Assembly: GCA_043228905.1 (NCBI GenBank)
Contig: JBHGNT010000001.1
Span: 13,640,001-13,704,000, forward strand
From: Azolla caroliniana
Taxonomy: Eukaryota > Plantae > Polypodiophyta
Direction of reading: 5' to 3'
Length of the DNA stretch: 64,000 nucleotides
The notes under the pieces are model-generated. The model made no database searches. It was given only the letters and a program-made list of their open reading frames with translations, and was not told the DNA's origin. Shown here in pieces: positions 36,614-50,677 of the stretch; position 1 is the first letter of the stretch; the number at the start of each line of letters is the position of its first letter. Both the position numbers and the translations under genes were made by a program.

Positions 36614-37756
36614 TGTCTTGAAAATATGGTTAAGTGAGTTTGTGTGTCTAAAATATGTGCATTTAGGTTGCTAGATTTGTGTGAGTGAATGTGGACGAGC
36701 TTGTGTTTGTGGATTATGTATGTTCATTTTGCTCAAATCTAGTGATATTTTGGGAATGTAAGGTTGCTTTGTAAAGTGTTGGGTATGAAAGGGGGCATCG
36801 GGGTAAATGGGAAGAAAAAAGAGAGTTTGTTTTATATGTGAACACTATGTCTTTTGAAGGTGTCGGTGTAGAGATGTTTGACAAAGGATCAACAAGTAAG
36901 ATGTCCTCCAGAAAGAATTTCATTTGTGTGCAAGAGCTATGCACAATAGAACTCAAGGAATTCTATAAAGTGGCTTCCCATGAAGGAATGCCTTTGGTGG
37001 ACCACCTCGACATTCCCACATGATGGTTTATATTGGCCCCACAATTGTTAGGCACATCTCTCTTGCAATAGAAATATATTTATAGACAAAATGAAGAAAT
37101 ACACCAGTTCGGATTACCAAATAAGTTTAGCCGCATACAAGAGTTGAGATATTAGGGTGTGACGGTCTCGGTTGCCATAGTGTTAGTGGGGGTATGGGGG
37201 TTGCGGTGTCGGATATGTCTTGGGATTATCCGCATGAGTCACTATCAAGGAGTTGAAAGTTGCGGTCTTCAATTAACTCCATATTTGTTTGCAAGTTCTT
37301 CAATTCTTTGTCATGCAACTCTTGCATACGTGCCATTTACTTTTGCACACGGACTTGTACTTCCTTCGCCAATTGCCGTTTGCCACCAATTGCTCCTCGT
37401 ACCATGCCTTTTGCTTTCTTTTAAGACTCCTGTTGTTCGGGAATCGTTCGTGGGATTTCTCGGTAGGCGAGAACCCCACTTTCTTGTACCGGGAAACCTT
37501 GGCCCTGTTGTAGCTTCCCGGTGAGTGTCGTCACAGCTTCCGCGTTGGCTAGATGACATCCATCCCTTGCTGCTCTCTTTGTCTTCACAGATTGACCAGG
37601 CGTCCGAAAAGTGTTACCGGCTCAAGGTAACACGGTGCCAAAAGTGTTACCTGATCTAAAAAGGGGTCTGCTCTCCATCGACATGTTAGCCAAAGACGGG
37701 TACAAAACGACTCTAAGTGAGTCGGTATGGATGACCAACCAAGGAAACCTGAAGAT
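36614..37756 (+). repeat. 1.14-kb duplication, copy 2, flanked by a duplicated gag segment (36477-36613 and 37753-37868)
   Basis: Near-identical to 23635-24777; agat microhomology at the right junction. Confidence 0.95.
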
Positions 37757-38350
37757 TGAGCCGTGCAATACATACTCCCGGTAGGATGAACGTCAGACAT
37801 ACCGACATCGGGGAAACGAGTGACAATGATCCCCGGATCGCCAGCGCCGCGACGATCGTTACCACCACGTGTTAAGAGTCTATTACTAATCAATAGAGTA
37901 AATCAAGTAAAAAGGAAGAAAATAGATTGGATAGAAGAACCCGTTCCACCCGACCACCCCCGAGCTATGATCTAGACATAGCCAACCTACCACCGACGTC
38001 CCATACCGCCGGATATTAGGATGACTAATACCTTGGAAGAGATAAACACGATCGTCGAGACGAAAGCCTAGCCCGCACCACCGGTGTCTACGACAACAGC
38101 CTTCCGACGTGATGATTTCTATGAGGGTAGCTAAGCCTCATATTTATACCTTTTCCTAGGCCCCTTGAATAGATGTGCCTTTCTAAAAGGCTCTCTATTC
38201 ATTGGTTGTCTAAATCATGATAGTGCATGCACATATCATTCATTCTATCCAATCATTAGTCCCCTTTTTAATAATAGTGAACATACCCTTCACTAATGTA
38301 AATATTAGTGACCTACCCTCACCAACGTTATGTGTACATAACATACTCCC

Positions 38351-41300
38351 CTACTTCAAAAGATTGCACTCTTGCAATATAAAGTGAGGAAATTGTGCCT
38401 TAAGCGAATGCTCGCGTTCCCATGTGGCATCATCAATAGGTTTATCCATCCATTTGATCTTGAATAGCCGAATCTCTTTAGAACGTAAACGTTTAGTACG
38501 AGAATCAAGAATTCGTTCAGGAACATGAGGTTTGTAAGAAAAATCCTCTAATGTTACAAGATCTTGGATTGTGATGGTGTTATCACCAGAGGCTAAAAAT
38601 GGTTTTAGACGACTGACGTGAAAAACAGGATGAATACCAACGTTACGAGGTAAGGCAAGGTGATAAGCAGATGACCCAACTCGCTTAAGGATTTCAAATG
38701 GGCCACAATATCGTGGGGCTAACTTAGCGCACTTGCCTGTAGATAATGACGTAGAATCAGTCGGGACACGCAAAAAAACTTTTTGACCAATAGTAAATGC
38801 ACGAGGACGTCTATCCTGATCAGCATAAAATCGAGCACGATCTTGAGCTGTCTTGACATTTTCTTTGGCAATATGCAACATTTGGTTCATGTCTTGCAAA
38901 AAATTGCGTGTACTGTCTAATGTATCACGATGAATCGTGACATCAACTGGGGCACGTGGCTGAAAACCATACATCAACATAAAAGGACTATATCCAGTGG
39001 ATGTATGTTTAGAGCTATTATAGGCAAATTCTAAGATAGGAAGGTATTGCTCCCACTTAGAAGGGGTTTTTGCTACATAAGCTCGAAGCATGTCCTCAAT
39101 AATTTGATTAACTCGTTCAGTTTGTCCATCAGACTGAGGATGATCTGCGGAACTCATGCTCAACGTAGTTTCTAGTTTCTTAAAGACCTGAGTCCAAAAG
39201 TCACTAGTAAACTTGGAATCTCGATCACTAACAATATCCATCGGTAATCCATAAAAACGAAATAACTCATCAACAAATTGATAAGCCAACTGTTGAGCGG
39301 TTACCGTGGTTTTTGTAGGAATAAATCTAGCTAATTTTGTTAGCCTGTCAACGACAACCCATATGGCATCATGACCCCTCTGTGTACGAGGTAAACTAAC
39401 AATAAAATCCATCGAGATACTTTCCCATTTATTGTTGGGAATATCTAAGGGATGTAAAAGACCAGCAGCTTTAAGTCGTTCCGACTTATTAATCTGACAT
39501 TGTAAGCATTGAGTTACGTATTTATGCACGTCAGAGCGCATCTTAGGCCAGAAAAAAGTACACGAGATGAGAACGAGTGTGCGTTGTATTCCAGGATGAC
39601 CAGCAGATGGTGCATCATGACATTCATGAAAAATTTTCTGTTTAACATTTGGTAAATCTGGAACACAGACCTTTCCACTACGGTAGAGCAAACCGTTTGT
39701 AATGTGAAAGGTCGCCTTCGAGGGTAGGGTGCTAGTATCGGCATCTAAACCAGATTCGGCTTTCGTCCAGTATTTTGAGAAATAACTGTCATCAAGGTAT
39801 TTCCCTCGAAGGTGATCTAAAAGATCAGATTTTATTTCCGTGAAGCTAAGCATGTTAACTTCTTTAATGCGACTAAGAGCATCAGCAACGGTGTTCATAG
39901 AACCCTTGCGATATCGTATGGAAAAATCAAAATCTTGCATAAGGTCAGCCCAACGGCCTTTACGACCAACAAGATCGGGCTGGTCACAAAAATACTTTAA
40001 TGATTGATGGTCTGTTGTAACCACAAATTTATTTCCATAGAGATAGTGCCTCCATGTTTTAAGTGCGTGTATCACCGCAAACAACTCTTTCTCTTGAACC
40101 GAATACCGAGATTGAGCAGCATCAAGCTTCTTACTTTCAAAAGCAATAGGGTGACCACCTTGATAAAGAACGGCACCAATAGCATAATCACTAGCATCGG
40201 TTTCAATTGAGAAAGGCTTAGAAGGGTCTGGTAATAGAAGAGTGGGAGCCTGACACACATGCTCCTTGAGTGTCTCAAATGATTTGTCAAGTTGTTCATT
40301 CCATGAAATTGGTTTGACAGACTTACGTGGATGACCTTTTAAAAGGTCAGTTAATGGCGTAGTCAATTTGGAATAGTTACGAATTGATTTTCGTAAAAAT
40401 CCAACAAACCCTAAGAATGATCTAAGTTCACGAATATTACGAGGAATGGGCCAAAGTTTAACCTTTTCAATACGAGAAGGTTCAATTTCAACGCCCTTTT
40501 CTGTAATTAAATGACCTCGGTACACAATAGATTTTTGGAAGAAGTCACATTTTGAATGTTTTGCATAGAAAGAGTTGTCACGCAACTTTCGCAAAACAAA
40601 TCGAACATGTTGAACATGATCTTGCAAGGTACGGCTATATATCAAAATATCATCCAAGAAGACGACAACAAAATCACCGAGTTGATCTCGGAAAACATCA
40701 TTCATCGCTTGTTGGAATGTGGCTGGAGCATTAGTCAACCCAAATGGCATGACTAAAAACTCATAATGGCCATAGTGCGTACGAAAAGCGGTTTTAGGAA
40801 TATCATCCTCGGCGATGCGAATATGATGATAACCAGTTCGTAAGTCAATTTTCGTAAAATATCGAGCCCCATGCAAACGATCAATCAAATCATCGGCACG
40901 AGGTAATGGATATGCATTCTTAATTGTCATTTTATTCAAACGGCGATAATTGATACACATTCGCCACGAGCCTTCCTTCTTCTTGACTAATAGAACTGGC
41001 GCACCCCAAGGTGATTTACTATACCTAATGTGGCCCATACTCAAGTATTCCTTAAGTTGTTTAGCGATCTCATCCTCTTCTAATCGACTAAGTCGGTAAG
41101 GTGGAATGCTCACAGGAGCAGCCCCAGGGATCAGTTCAATTTGATGGTCCACATTACGTTTAGGTGGTAAAGTAAGCGGTAATTCAGTAGGAAACACATC
41201 TTGAAAATCCTCTAAAATAGAGTCGAGTAATCGTTGCTCAAAATGTGGTAATTGTGTGGCATCAATATTAAAATAATAAAATTGAACCGCAGGATCAATT

Positions 41301-42754
41301 ACACACGAATAAATTAATGAACTAGAATACTCACTTAAAGATTTAGAAGACACAAGTGAATGAGAAGGAAGTTTGGAACATTGAATAAAATGTTTACAAT
41401 TATTAAGTTCAAATGTGATTGAGTGATTAACCCAATCAATGGACAAAGAAGGGTTTTTATTAAAAAACCAAGGATATCCTAAAATGACATCTGCGGATTG
41501 TAATTTCATAACATGAAAGTCAAGCTTCTCCAAATAAGTATCTATTTGAATTGGCAGTTGACAAACAATGCCACTGATGTATTGAATGTTTCCATTTGCC
41601 ATGTGAACTTGATAGATATGATCACTTGCGTTTATGTGGAGCTCCATTTGCTGCACAAAGTGATCATTAAGAAAATTGTGAGAACTACCGGAATCAAACA
41701 AGAAATGTGCTTGTGTTCCATTGATATATCCGACTGCTCGGAGTAAATCATTAGGTCCAAGTAAATGTGAAGGAAAAGTGCATTCACATAAACTTAAGTG
41801 ATTGGTATGAACTTCAACAATATCAAAAGACTCACCTGTGTGACTCGTAGATTTGTCTTGAGGAGGGGTGTTCATTGACTTCCTCTCAAGACGACGACAG
41901 GTATCCTTTGTGTGGCCCCGCTTCTTGCAATATGCACAAAAGAGGTTCGGTTTCTTTGAGTCGCGGTCAAGAGTGTCACTGGATTGCTTACGTTTCCCAA
42001 TGAACTTGACATTCGGAGTTTTGGCGAACTCAGGTTTATTGTGGTCTTTCTTGGAAGTCCTATGGTATCGCAGCACAATGTTGACGGCTTCCTCGAAAGT
42101 TGTGGGGTCCTTGTCATGGACAATTCAATGATAATCCCCATTGGGAATACCATTCAAAAAACAAGCGACAAACCATTTCTCACCCGTAAGTCCCGATTTT
42201 TGGATCTGGGTCCGAGCGTGATGCACATAATCCTCGAGAGAGGTAAATGGCTTACTAGACAATGTGAGCAAGTGTTGCGCTTGTTCGGTTTGAGAAGGTG
42301 GCTGCAAGAATTGTTTCTTAAAAACATCAACGAAACCTTCCCAAGTTGTGGGTAAGTTTTTTGCGGTCCTTAGGCCACGCCACCAAGCAGCAGCTCGGCC
42401 ACCTAACTCACGACCGACATAACCAATTTTTACTGCATCGGGCTTGGGATGAAGCTCAAAGTGAGACTCCCAACGACCAAGCCAAGTGCTAATGGCCTCC
42501 TCGGTTCTTTCTTTCTTATCTCCCTTGAAAGGCATGACTACGAAGGAAGGTTCACCTTCTTTCTTGGACTCAATAGTTAATTCTTGGAATTTCTTTTCCA
42601 ATGCCATATTGGCCTGTCTCATTTCGGCCAATTGATTCAAGGTAGTAGTGAGCAATTGCTCAATAGTGATCTCAGCTTGTGTGCGAGATGCGGATTGGGG
42701 TTGAGAGGTCTCATTTGGAGAGATCGTTCCAACTGCGTTCAAAACTTGTTCCAT
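38351..42754 (-). pseudogene. Chromovirus gag-pol in a single frame with one premature TGA at 42125-42127
   Basis: Gag AAAWW..TWEGF..F, CAYCKKRGHTKDTC, FDSGSSHNF, VFLDDILIYS, ETDASDYAIG, HPQSDGQTER, chromodomain PERILDSR..KIKW..DATWE..QFP. Confidence 0.95.
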
Positions 42755-43744
42755 GATGCACGTTGTGGGTATGCAATAAAATAAGGAGGTTCAGAAAATA
42801 CACAAGCAAAATGAATGCTTGAAATTTTGATTGAAAGAACTTTAGCCAAGAAAGTATCTCATGTCTTTACCCCTCTAGACATATGAGATGTGATTCGATA
42901 TCCGATAACTATGGTAACACTATGGTGTTTTAAAAACCATGGGGGAAAACATAGCTAAGATGTATTTCTCGGATCTCTATCTTGAGTAATCATGGCGGCT
43001 CCCCGAGGCTCAACCATGGTTCTTACATCAATGAAATTTCCTAGATAGCCTTATATTAATGCCAACCCATCATGTATTATATGGTCGAGAAAGTGTATTA
43101 CGTGAAAAAACAAGTGCACTCACAAGTAATATTCTAGTCTTGCGAGCAATAAGCAAACGTGATGATAAAATGATAAAATAAGGCACTACTCATAAGAGTT
43201 AAGTAGTGACGAAAACAAGGGTAAAAAAAAAAAGAACCCATGTGTTACCTACGAAAAAAACAATGTCACAAATAAATGGGAAGTGCAAGGTATGCACATA
43301 TACATCCCAATATGATTGTTATAACTTGCACAATTGTGACATAAGCCACAAATTGATACAAGTGATGACGGTGTTGTGCGCAAAGATGTAATACTCAAAT
43401 CCATGAGTAAAACATCAATAAGGGAACTCATATGGTTTTACTCGTTTTCTAAGGCTTGATGATAAGAGTTAAACCTAGATGACCCGTTGAGAAAAAATCG
43501 TTCAACAAGCCACTCCATACGAAAAAAATAGTCTACACGTAAAGGTTACATTAAAAATAAACGATGTAAATACTTTATACATGAAAAGGAAGTGGAAAAA
43601 GGAGAGTTAATTGTGGGCGGGTAAATAATAATTACTAGAAAATCATATAAGTGAAACAATACTTATGAAATTAAGATTTAATTAGAATAATCAACAATTA
43701 GGTGTATGGAATCAAACATGCCCTAAGATACGAAACCCTAGGGT

Positions 43745-43985
43745 AGTTGACATGCACCTCCTCAAGACCACCACCTATCCCTAGAATCGGCCAAGTAATG
43801 GCTAATTAAAGAGGAAAGTGGCATAGGTAAGTGACATATACCTCGTCAAGGCCACATCATCCCTTAGAATTGACCAATTGATGGCTAATTAAAAAGGAAA
43901 GTGGCATATGTAAGCTAAATATACCTTGTCAAGGCCACATCATCCCTTAGAATCGGCCAAGTGATGGCTCAATAGAGGGGAAGAG
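43745..43985. repeat. Three ~84-bp tandem repeats in the chromovirus 5' leader
   Basis: caag(g/a)ccac..atccc(t)tagaat(c/t)g(g/a)ccaa..atggct..aaagtgg repeated three times. Confidence 0.8.
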
Positions 43986-46900
43986 TGGTATACTCAACAT
44001 CATATGCAAAACAGCCATGAGATAAGCGTGTGCGATTAGAGCAAACACGCTCGACCCAATGCACAAGAATAATTATTATCGTAAGAGTTCAAGAGAGGAG
44101 AGAGTGGGATATATATCGCAATATGCAAAAGGCCATGAGTTGAGCGTGTGCGATTAGTGCAAACACGCTCGGCCCGATGCATAATAATAAGTAAAATCGT
44201 AGCGTAGTAGGAGGTAGAAAGAAAGAGAATAAAACGTAATACCAATTTGATTCGACCATAAAGAACGCATAATAGAAAAAGAGAAGAGATCAAAAAAGAA
44301 GAATACCGGGTTTAGAGTGTTGTTTTGATCCTGAGAAGAGCATGACGAGCCTTGTTAGATCCCCCTCGCTCACACGCAAAAAACATCAAAACAACAAAAA
44401 AATTGTTACTAAAAGCTCTGATACCACTGTTAAGAGTCTATTACTAATCAATAGACCAAATCAAGTAAAAAGGAAGAAAATAGATTGGATAGAAGAACCC
44501 GTTCCACCCGACCACCCCCGAGCTATGATCTAGACATAGCCAACCTACCACCGACGTCCCATACCGCCGGATATTAGGATGACTAATACCTTGGAAGAGA
44601 TAAACACGATCGTCGAGACGAAAGCCTAGCCCGCACCACCGGTGTCTACGACAGCAGCCTTCCGACGTGATGATTTCTATGAGGGTAGCTAAGCCTCATA
44701 TTTATACCTTTTCCTAGGCCCCTTGAATAGATGTGCCTTTCTAAAAGGCTCTCTATTCATTGGTTGTCTAAATCATGATAGTGCATGCACATATCATTCA
44801 TTCTATCCAATCATTAATCCCCTTTTTAATAATAGTGAACATACCCTTCACTAATGTAAATATTAGTGACCTACCCTCACCAACGTTATGTGTACATAAC
44901 ACCACGACAATCGCCGGAGATCAGATGACTGCTGTGACCAGTACCACGACGACCAATATAGAGCAAAAGATGAGTATGATCGATATGACGACGACCAGGA
45001 GGGCTGGTACGATCAATGGTATTCACGAAACGATAGAAGAAACTCTTACAGAGGTTCACGGAACAATCGACGCCCGAATGACAATCGTCGTCGGGACCCC
45101 CCTCCAAACGTCCCGCACAATGCGCCACGGGCAACACGCCTACACAAGTGGCCGGAACCACTCACAACCTTTCCCACACACTGAGCAAGGCGACACCAGC
45201 AACTCGGCATTCGTTACCTGCTTTAAGTGTAACCAACCCGGTCACTACGCTACCCAATGCCCAACCACGGACCGCGGCAAGGCCCTGACCGTGAATACTA
45301 TTATGGCCGATGTTCAACACGTCACTACACGTAGCAAGACCCAAGCCAGCCAATGGCAAGATCACAATGACATCCGACACGCAACCAAGGAATGGATTGA
45401 CACCACCAATAAAAGCAACGTGGCGCGGATGCACACAGAAATGCAGGACGTGACCATCGGCGCACCACCGGCTGTAGGACCATCCAGTGCTGCAGAAGAT
45501 GACCATCTGTGGGAAGCCCTTACCACTGCTAGGATGTCGCTGCTATTACATAAGTTTTTACCGCTCATGTCGCGCTTTCGGGACACCTTGGCTACGCTCA
45601 TGGCTAACGACAAATCGGTCGCACCCCCTATTAACGTGACGGAGCCAGGGACGGGCCCACCCCTCATGGATTCCCAGAATCCAGCCATGAAAATCATGAT
45701 TAAAGGACGCAACCTTCATGGGTGCATAATCGACGGTGGCTCCAGCGTGAATGTCATCAACGAGGCCACATGTCACACCCTCGGCCTAAACCAATGGGAA
45801 CCTTGCCCCTTTTGGCTTTTGATGGCCGATACGTGATCGGTTCGCCCCATCGGGTTAATTCGCCACCTTGATTTCACATTAGGCGGCCACATGTTCACTA
45901 TCTCGGCAGTCGTGTTACGCCTCGAAGCTCCGGGCGCTTACCCAATGCTGCTTGGTCGACCCTTGTTGCGCACAACAAATATTAAACAACATTGGCAACG
46001 GAATATGATCTCTTTCCGCCGGGGGAAGACCAAGGTATGGGTAATAACAGAAGAACGCCTAACCACACCCCACAACACTACACCCTTATATATGGAAGGG
46101 GTACACATGCTCGATGGCTTAGCCGACTAAGAGGTGGATGACTTCCTGGAAGATCACCCCACTATCATACGCCTCTTCGAAATAAACGCCATTTCGGGTT
46201 TCGGCACACCACTGGACGAGGATGTCATGGCAGATTCCCTTCCCCGAGACGAAGTTGATTCCACAACTATCGTGGAACTACGAGAAGCTTGGGCCGCGTT
46301 CGAACGAGAACTCGCCATCTCCCAGTGAGTCAAAGAATCAACACTTGAGTCACTGAACCTTGGCTCCGATGAGAACCCGCGTACACTACAAATCGCTAAT
46401 AACTTACTAGTTGACGAACGGTCAGCCCTGATACCCGTGCTCACGGAGTATCAGGATGTATTCGCATGGTCTTACACTGATATGAAGGGATTGGATCCCC
46501 AATTTTACCAACACCAAGTACACCTCCTGCCGAACACTCGACCGATCCAACAACGACGGTACTGTATGAACCCCAACTACGTGGCTAAGGTCAAAGAGGA
46601 AATCGACAAACTCCTTCGAGTAGGCTGTATACACCTAGTAAAAAGAGCCACATGGTTAAGCCCAATCGTCGTCGTCCCCAAGAAAAACGGGAAAATCAAT
46701 GCGACATGGTTAAGCCCAATGATTACCGCAAACTCAATGCCACGATAGTCCTTGACACGGTGGATGGGTTTCCTCTTCCGTTCACGGATAGTGTCCTTGA
46801 CACGGTGGATGGTCATGAATGCTACAATTTCCTGGATGGGTTCAATGGCTATAATCAACAAAATGCACCTGGATGATCAGGAGAAAACGACGTTTGTCAC

Positions 46901-48366
46901 GGAATGGGGTGTCTTCGTGGCCAAGATAATGATGTTCGGATTAAAAACGGCACCGACCACATTCCAACGCATCATCACAGAGATTTTCAACGAGTATATC
47001 CTGGCGTTCATGCAAGTGTTCCTTGACGACTTTGCCGTGTATGGCCAGCGGCTGGAGCATATGACCCAGCTACGCCTCTGTCGCGAGCGATGTCGATACG
47101 CTTGGTTGAGCTTAAATCCGGCAAAATGCGCATTCTTGGTGACAAGTAGCAACCTGCTCAAGCACATAGTCAGCCAGGAAGGTATCGCCATGGACCCAGA
47201 TAATGTGCATGCCATTCTGAATGCTCCTGTGCCCTCTACCGCTAAGGCTCTCAGTCGATTCCTGGGCCAAATTAGTTGGCATAGCCAGATGTTACGACAC
47301 CTGGCCGATTTCGCGACTCCTTTGCACGCGGCGGTGCATAGACTCCCATTTTAGTGGTCTTCAATAGAAGACAAAGCATACCAAGCCTTGAAGTTAATGC
47401 TCTCCCATGCCCTTGTGGTACAGCCACCAGCCTGGTTGGAACCTTTTCACGTCTTCGTAGACGCATCAGATATAGCCATCAACAACGCGCTCATGCAACG
47501 CACACCACCAAATTGGTACCGGCTAGTGTATTACGCTAGCCGACGGCTCTCGGCCGCGGAAAAGAACTACTCAACAACTGAACGCGAGGCCCTCAGTATG
47601 GTTTACAACATCAACAAATTCTGACATTGCCTCGTGGTCCGGAACTTCACATTCCACGTCGATCACTCGGCCCTCCTCTACTTCGTTAATAAGCAAGCCC
47701 TCATAGGTCGCCTGGCCCGATGGATGCTCCTGCTATAGGAGTTTGATTTTCAGATCCAACACTGGCTCGGCGTCCAACACGTTGTAGCTCACTACCTGAG
47801 TTGCCTCGAGTCAGGCAAACCAGCCGAGTCCACGTACGATGATCTACCCGACGCCGCCCTTTTCAGTCTCGCGACGGTGCAAAATGAAAATGAGGATGAA
47901 TGGATCACAGAGATGACCCATTTTCTCAGCACCGGCCTTCCTCCTGACCACTTGACCCTCGACGCTCGGAAACGACTAGCTGTTAGGAGCTGAAACTTTT
48001 GTCTCTTCTCCGACACCCTCTACCACAAAGGCTCGGACGACGTCTGGCGCCGTGCAATTCGTCAATTCGAGAAACCCGCAATCCTCCAGGAGGCACATCA
48101 CGGAATCGCGGGGGGACATTATGCTGGAGAGGCCATGATAAGAAAAATATGGCAGAGTGGCTTATGGTGGTCCAGAACAAAAAAAGATGCTCATGTCCCA
48201 AGCTCTCTCTCATTCTCATTGCCCCTACAAATCGGCCTCCTCTCGCCCTCATAGCCCCTGCACAGAACAACACTGTCCTCCCCAACCATCTTCTTCCAGC
48301 TCTCTGTCTCGCCCTCGTCTCATCGCTTCCCCCCACGCCTCCTGTCAGCAAACCTTCGCGTCCACC

Positions 48367-50470
48367 ATGCCTCTCGCAACATCACAGGAAACCTGTTCTT
48401 GGCTACAACAACGTGGACTGGGTGGGTACTTACGGGTCATCGACACCCCAGCACACCCTGACGCCCAAACAATAGCATGCAGAATCCACCCTGACATAGT
48501 AACCAACAATATGATTCGCGTTGCTCTGGACCTTGCGCGAGACGGAGACCATGAGGACGAAATCCCTCTCCACTCGACCCTCAAGGAATATTTTGGGATG
48601 TATTCGATGTCGAGTAAAGCTTACCGCACTTACAAAGGGCCACAGAATAAAGCTTCCGTCATCATCTAGGCGTATGAAGGCGACAAAATCGATTGGGGAA
48701 TCATCACCGGCGAAGGAGTCCGTGCGGCACTCGAATCTTTTCAAACTAGTAAGTGATTGTTGCCTGTGATTAATCATTTCCTCACAGTCCTCTACCCCCC
48801 TCATTCGGTTTCCCCTTGTCGCATCCTTACCTCCCCACCACCACCACAAAAACAACGAGAGAAGATTTTGGCATTGACCCAGGAAGAATGGGAAAACCCC
48901 TCGCCTTCTTCACCTCCCTCGGGCGTTCGGAACCCTACTTCCGCCTCGGCACCACCCCCACCAAAAACACAGAAGCAACGGGTGTTAACAGCGACCCGTG
49001 TCGAATGGGATGAGGCCGAGGAGCCCATCACTGAGGATGTCACCATACGCTAGAAAACACCAAGGACATCGCTACCCTCTCCACAACCGAGCCCACGCTC
49101 CACAAACCACTAACCCTCGGGCATACAACAACAAAAGAGGAAACAAACCGAGGAGCCAATAACACTGGCCCCGGACTCACAGGATCAACTGCAAAAAAGA
49201 CGCCACATTAATCGAGAGTCAACCACAGAAACCGAGGCACTCATCATCAGAAATCAAAAGAGGCTAGCCCGACCTCCACGACCATGGTACTAGCGGAGTC
49301 AAGCTCCAAGTCGGTAGGATCGAGCATGGACAAACCACGCAGATATCAGAGGAGGAAGTCCTCGGTTACAAAGATCTCCCTGTGGAGGCATACGAGTTTA
49401 GTGCACTACTTCGTCTGGGCACAACATATGAGTTAATGGATTTCGTTGCGCGTGCTCAAGTAGCTGCCGCCGCTCGTATGGTTGAGGAGCACGCGGAAAC
49501 AAAGATGATCCAACACGCTCTAATGGGAGACATCAAACCTCACGAGGATCGAGCCTTATAGAAGATCGGGCGGAAGAAGCAAGCACAAAATGCTTCTCTC
49601 CTCATGGAGCTACTAGTTCTGAACACGGCCTTAGTCGAGGCATATCGAAATATGCACCACACTACTCAGGCAACCAAGGCCATGGCTCGACGTATCAAAA
49701 CGACGCATCAGCAAGCCAAACGGGCTACCGAGCTATGGCAAGCTGCCAAGGAGAAACTGGCGTCATTGGAGCAACAACATCAAGAACAACCACCCTTAAG
49801 CCTCCCTGCGCCGAGTAGCGATGTCGCACTAGGACCTCTTCCGAACCCGAGCCTGAGTGTTGCTGTTACTGAAGCACACAAAGACGACACAACTCACCCC
49901 AGGGTAGCCATGGTCGATGCAAGAAAAATGACAGAGTTGGTACAGACAAGCGAGCCATTGTCACGGGTTAATATAAGCTCGCACCCCCAAACTAGCCACA
50001 CTTCCACGCAAATACCACCACCACCTCTCGTCATGGAAAGATCTACACTCCTCGGATCCAGCAAGTTGCAACCCAGACCAGACCTCCCCTCTGTGACTAC
50101 CAAAAGGAGCTTAAGGCTCAGATCGCTCTGGCCGAGTTAGTAGAACAAAACCACAACCACATGATTGGCCAACTACGGAAACAAGCCGCGGGCCGTGGAG
50201 CTGACCTCAAAGCTTGCTAAAAGCTCGGCCGCACTCAAAGCACAAGAAAGAGAGGTGATGACCCTTCAGTTCTCTATCATCGAGGGCAAAGAACGATTCC
50301 TTAAAGAAGCAGAGCGGAATAGCCAACGAGAACGCGAGCTATTCGCCGACAACCAGGAATTACGCCGTCAACAAAGGGCATTACAAGAATTAGCAAACGA
50401 GCACATGCAAAAGTGGAGGATCTCTGAAGAGCAAAGGGCGAAAATTTCCAATGCTATAAAAGAGAGTTAA
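48367..50470 (+). pseudogene. Degraded homolog of the 883-aa extra ORF
   Basis: MPLATSQETCSWLQQRGLGGYLRVIDTPAHPDA..VTNNMIRVALDL..YFGMYSMSSKAYRT..AYEGDKIDW; coiled-coil C-terminus. Confidence 0.8.
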
Positions 50471-50677
50471 TACTAATCATATGTATATAATCTATTAATG
50501 AATGATTGTTCTTTTTTTAATGAATTAAATTTATTTAAATAAAAAAATGAATTAAGTAATATTTTATATATTTTTGTAAAATGAATGGTTTTATAATATT
50601 CTTGGGGTCATTTCGTATTCTCGAATATTAAGAATATCACGCATGGAGAATATGACGAATATCACGCATGTGTCCAT

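Larger units (their letters stand above)
37870..44901 (-). mobile_element. Full-length, young Ty3/gypsy chromovirus
   Basis: 474-bp LTRs (37870-38343 and 44428-44901, about 4 mismatches), TSD ccacg, PBS TGGTATCAGAGC for tRNA-iMet (44415-44426), PPT gaagtagggggagta. Confidence 0.97.
35187..50470 (+). mobile_element. Second, older Phygy-like Ty3/gypsy element (5' LTR 35187-35684, PBS at 35690, degraded gag-pol and extra ORF), interrupted twice
   Basis: TGTTG..TAACA, spacer, TGGCATGCCCGG; CFKCNQPGHYATQC, IDGGSSVN, VFLDDF, DASD; integrase core deleted near 48170; no 3' LTR in place. Confidence 0.88.

Noticed and set aside
44775-45100. N-terminus of the 353-aa ORF as a real protein start
   Set aside because: It starts inside the chromovirus LTR and reads into the interrupted gag; a junction artefact
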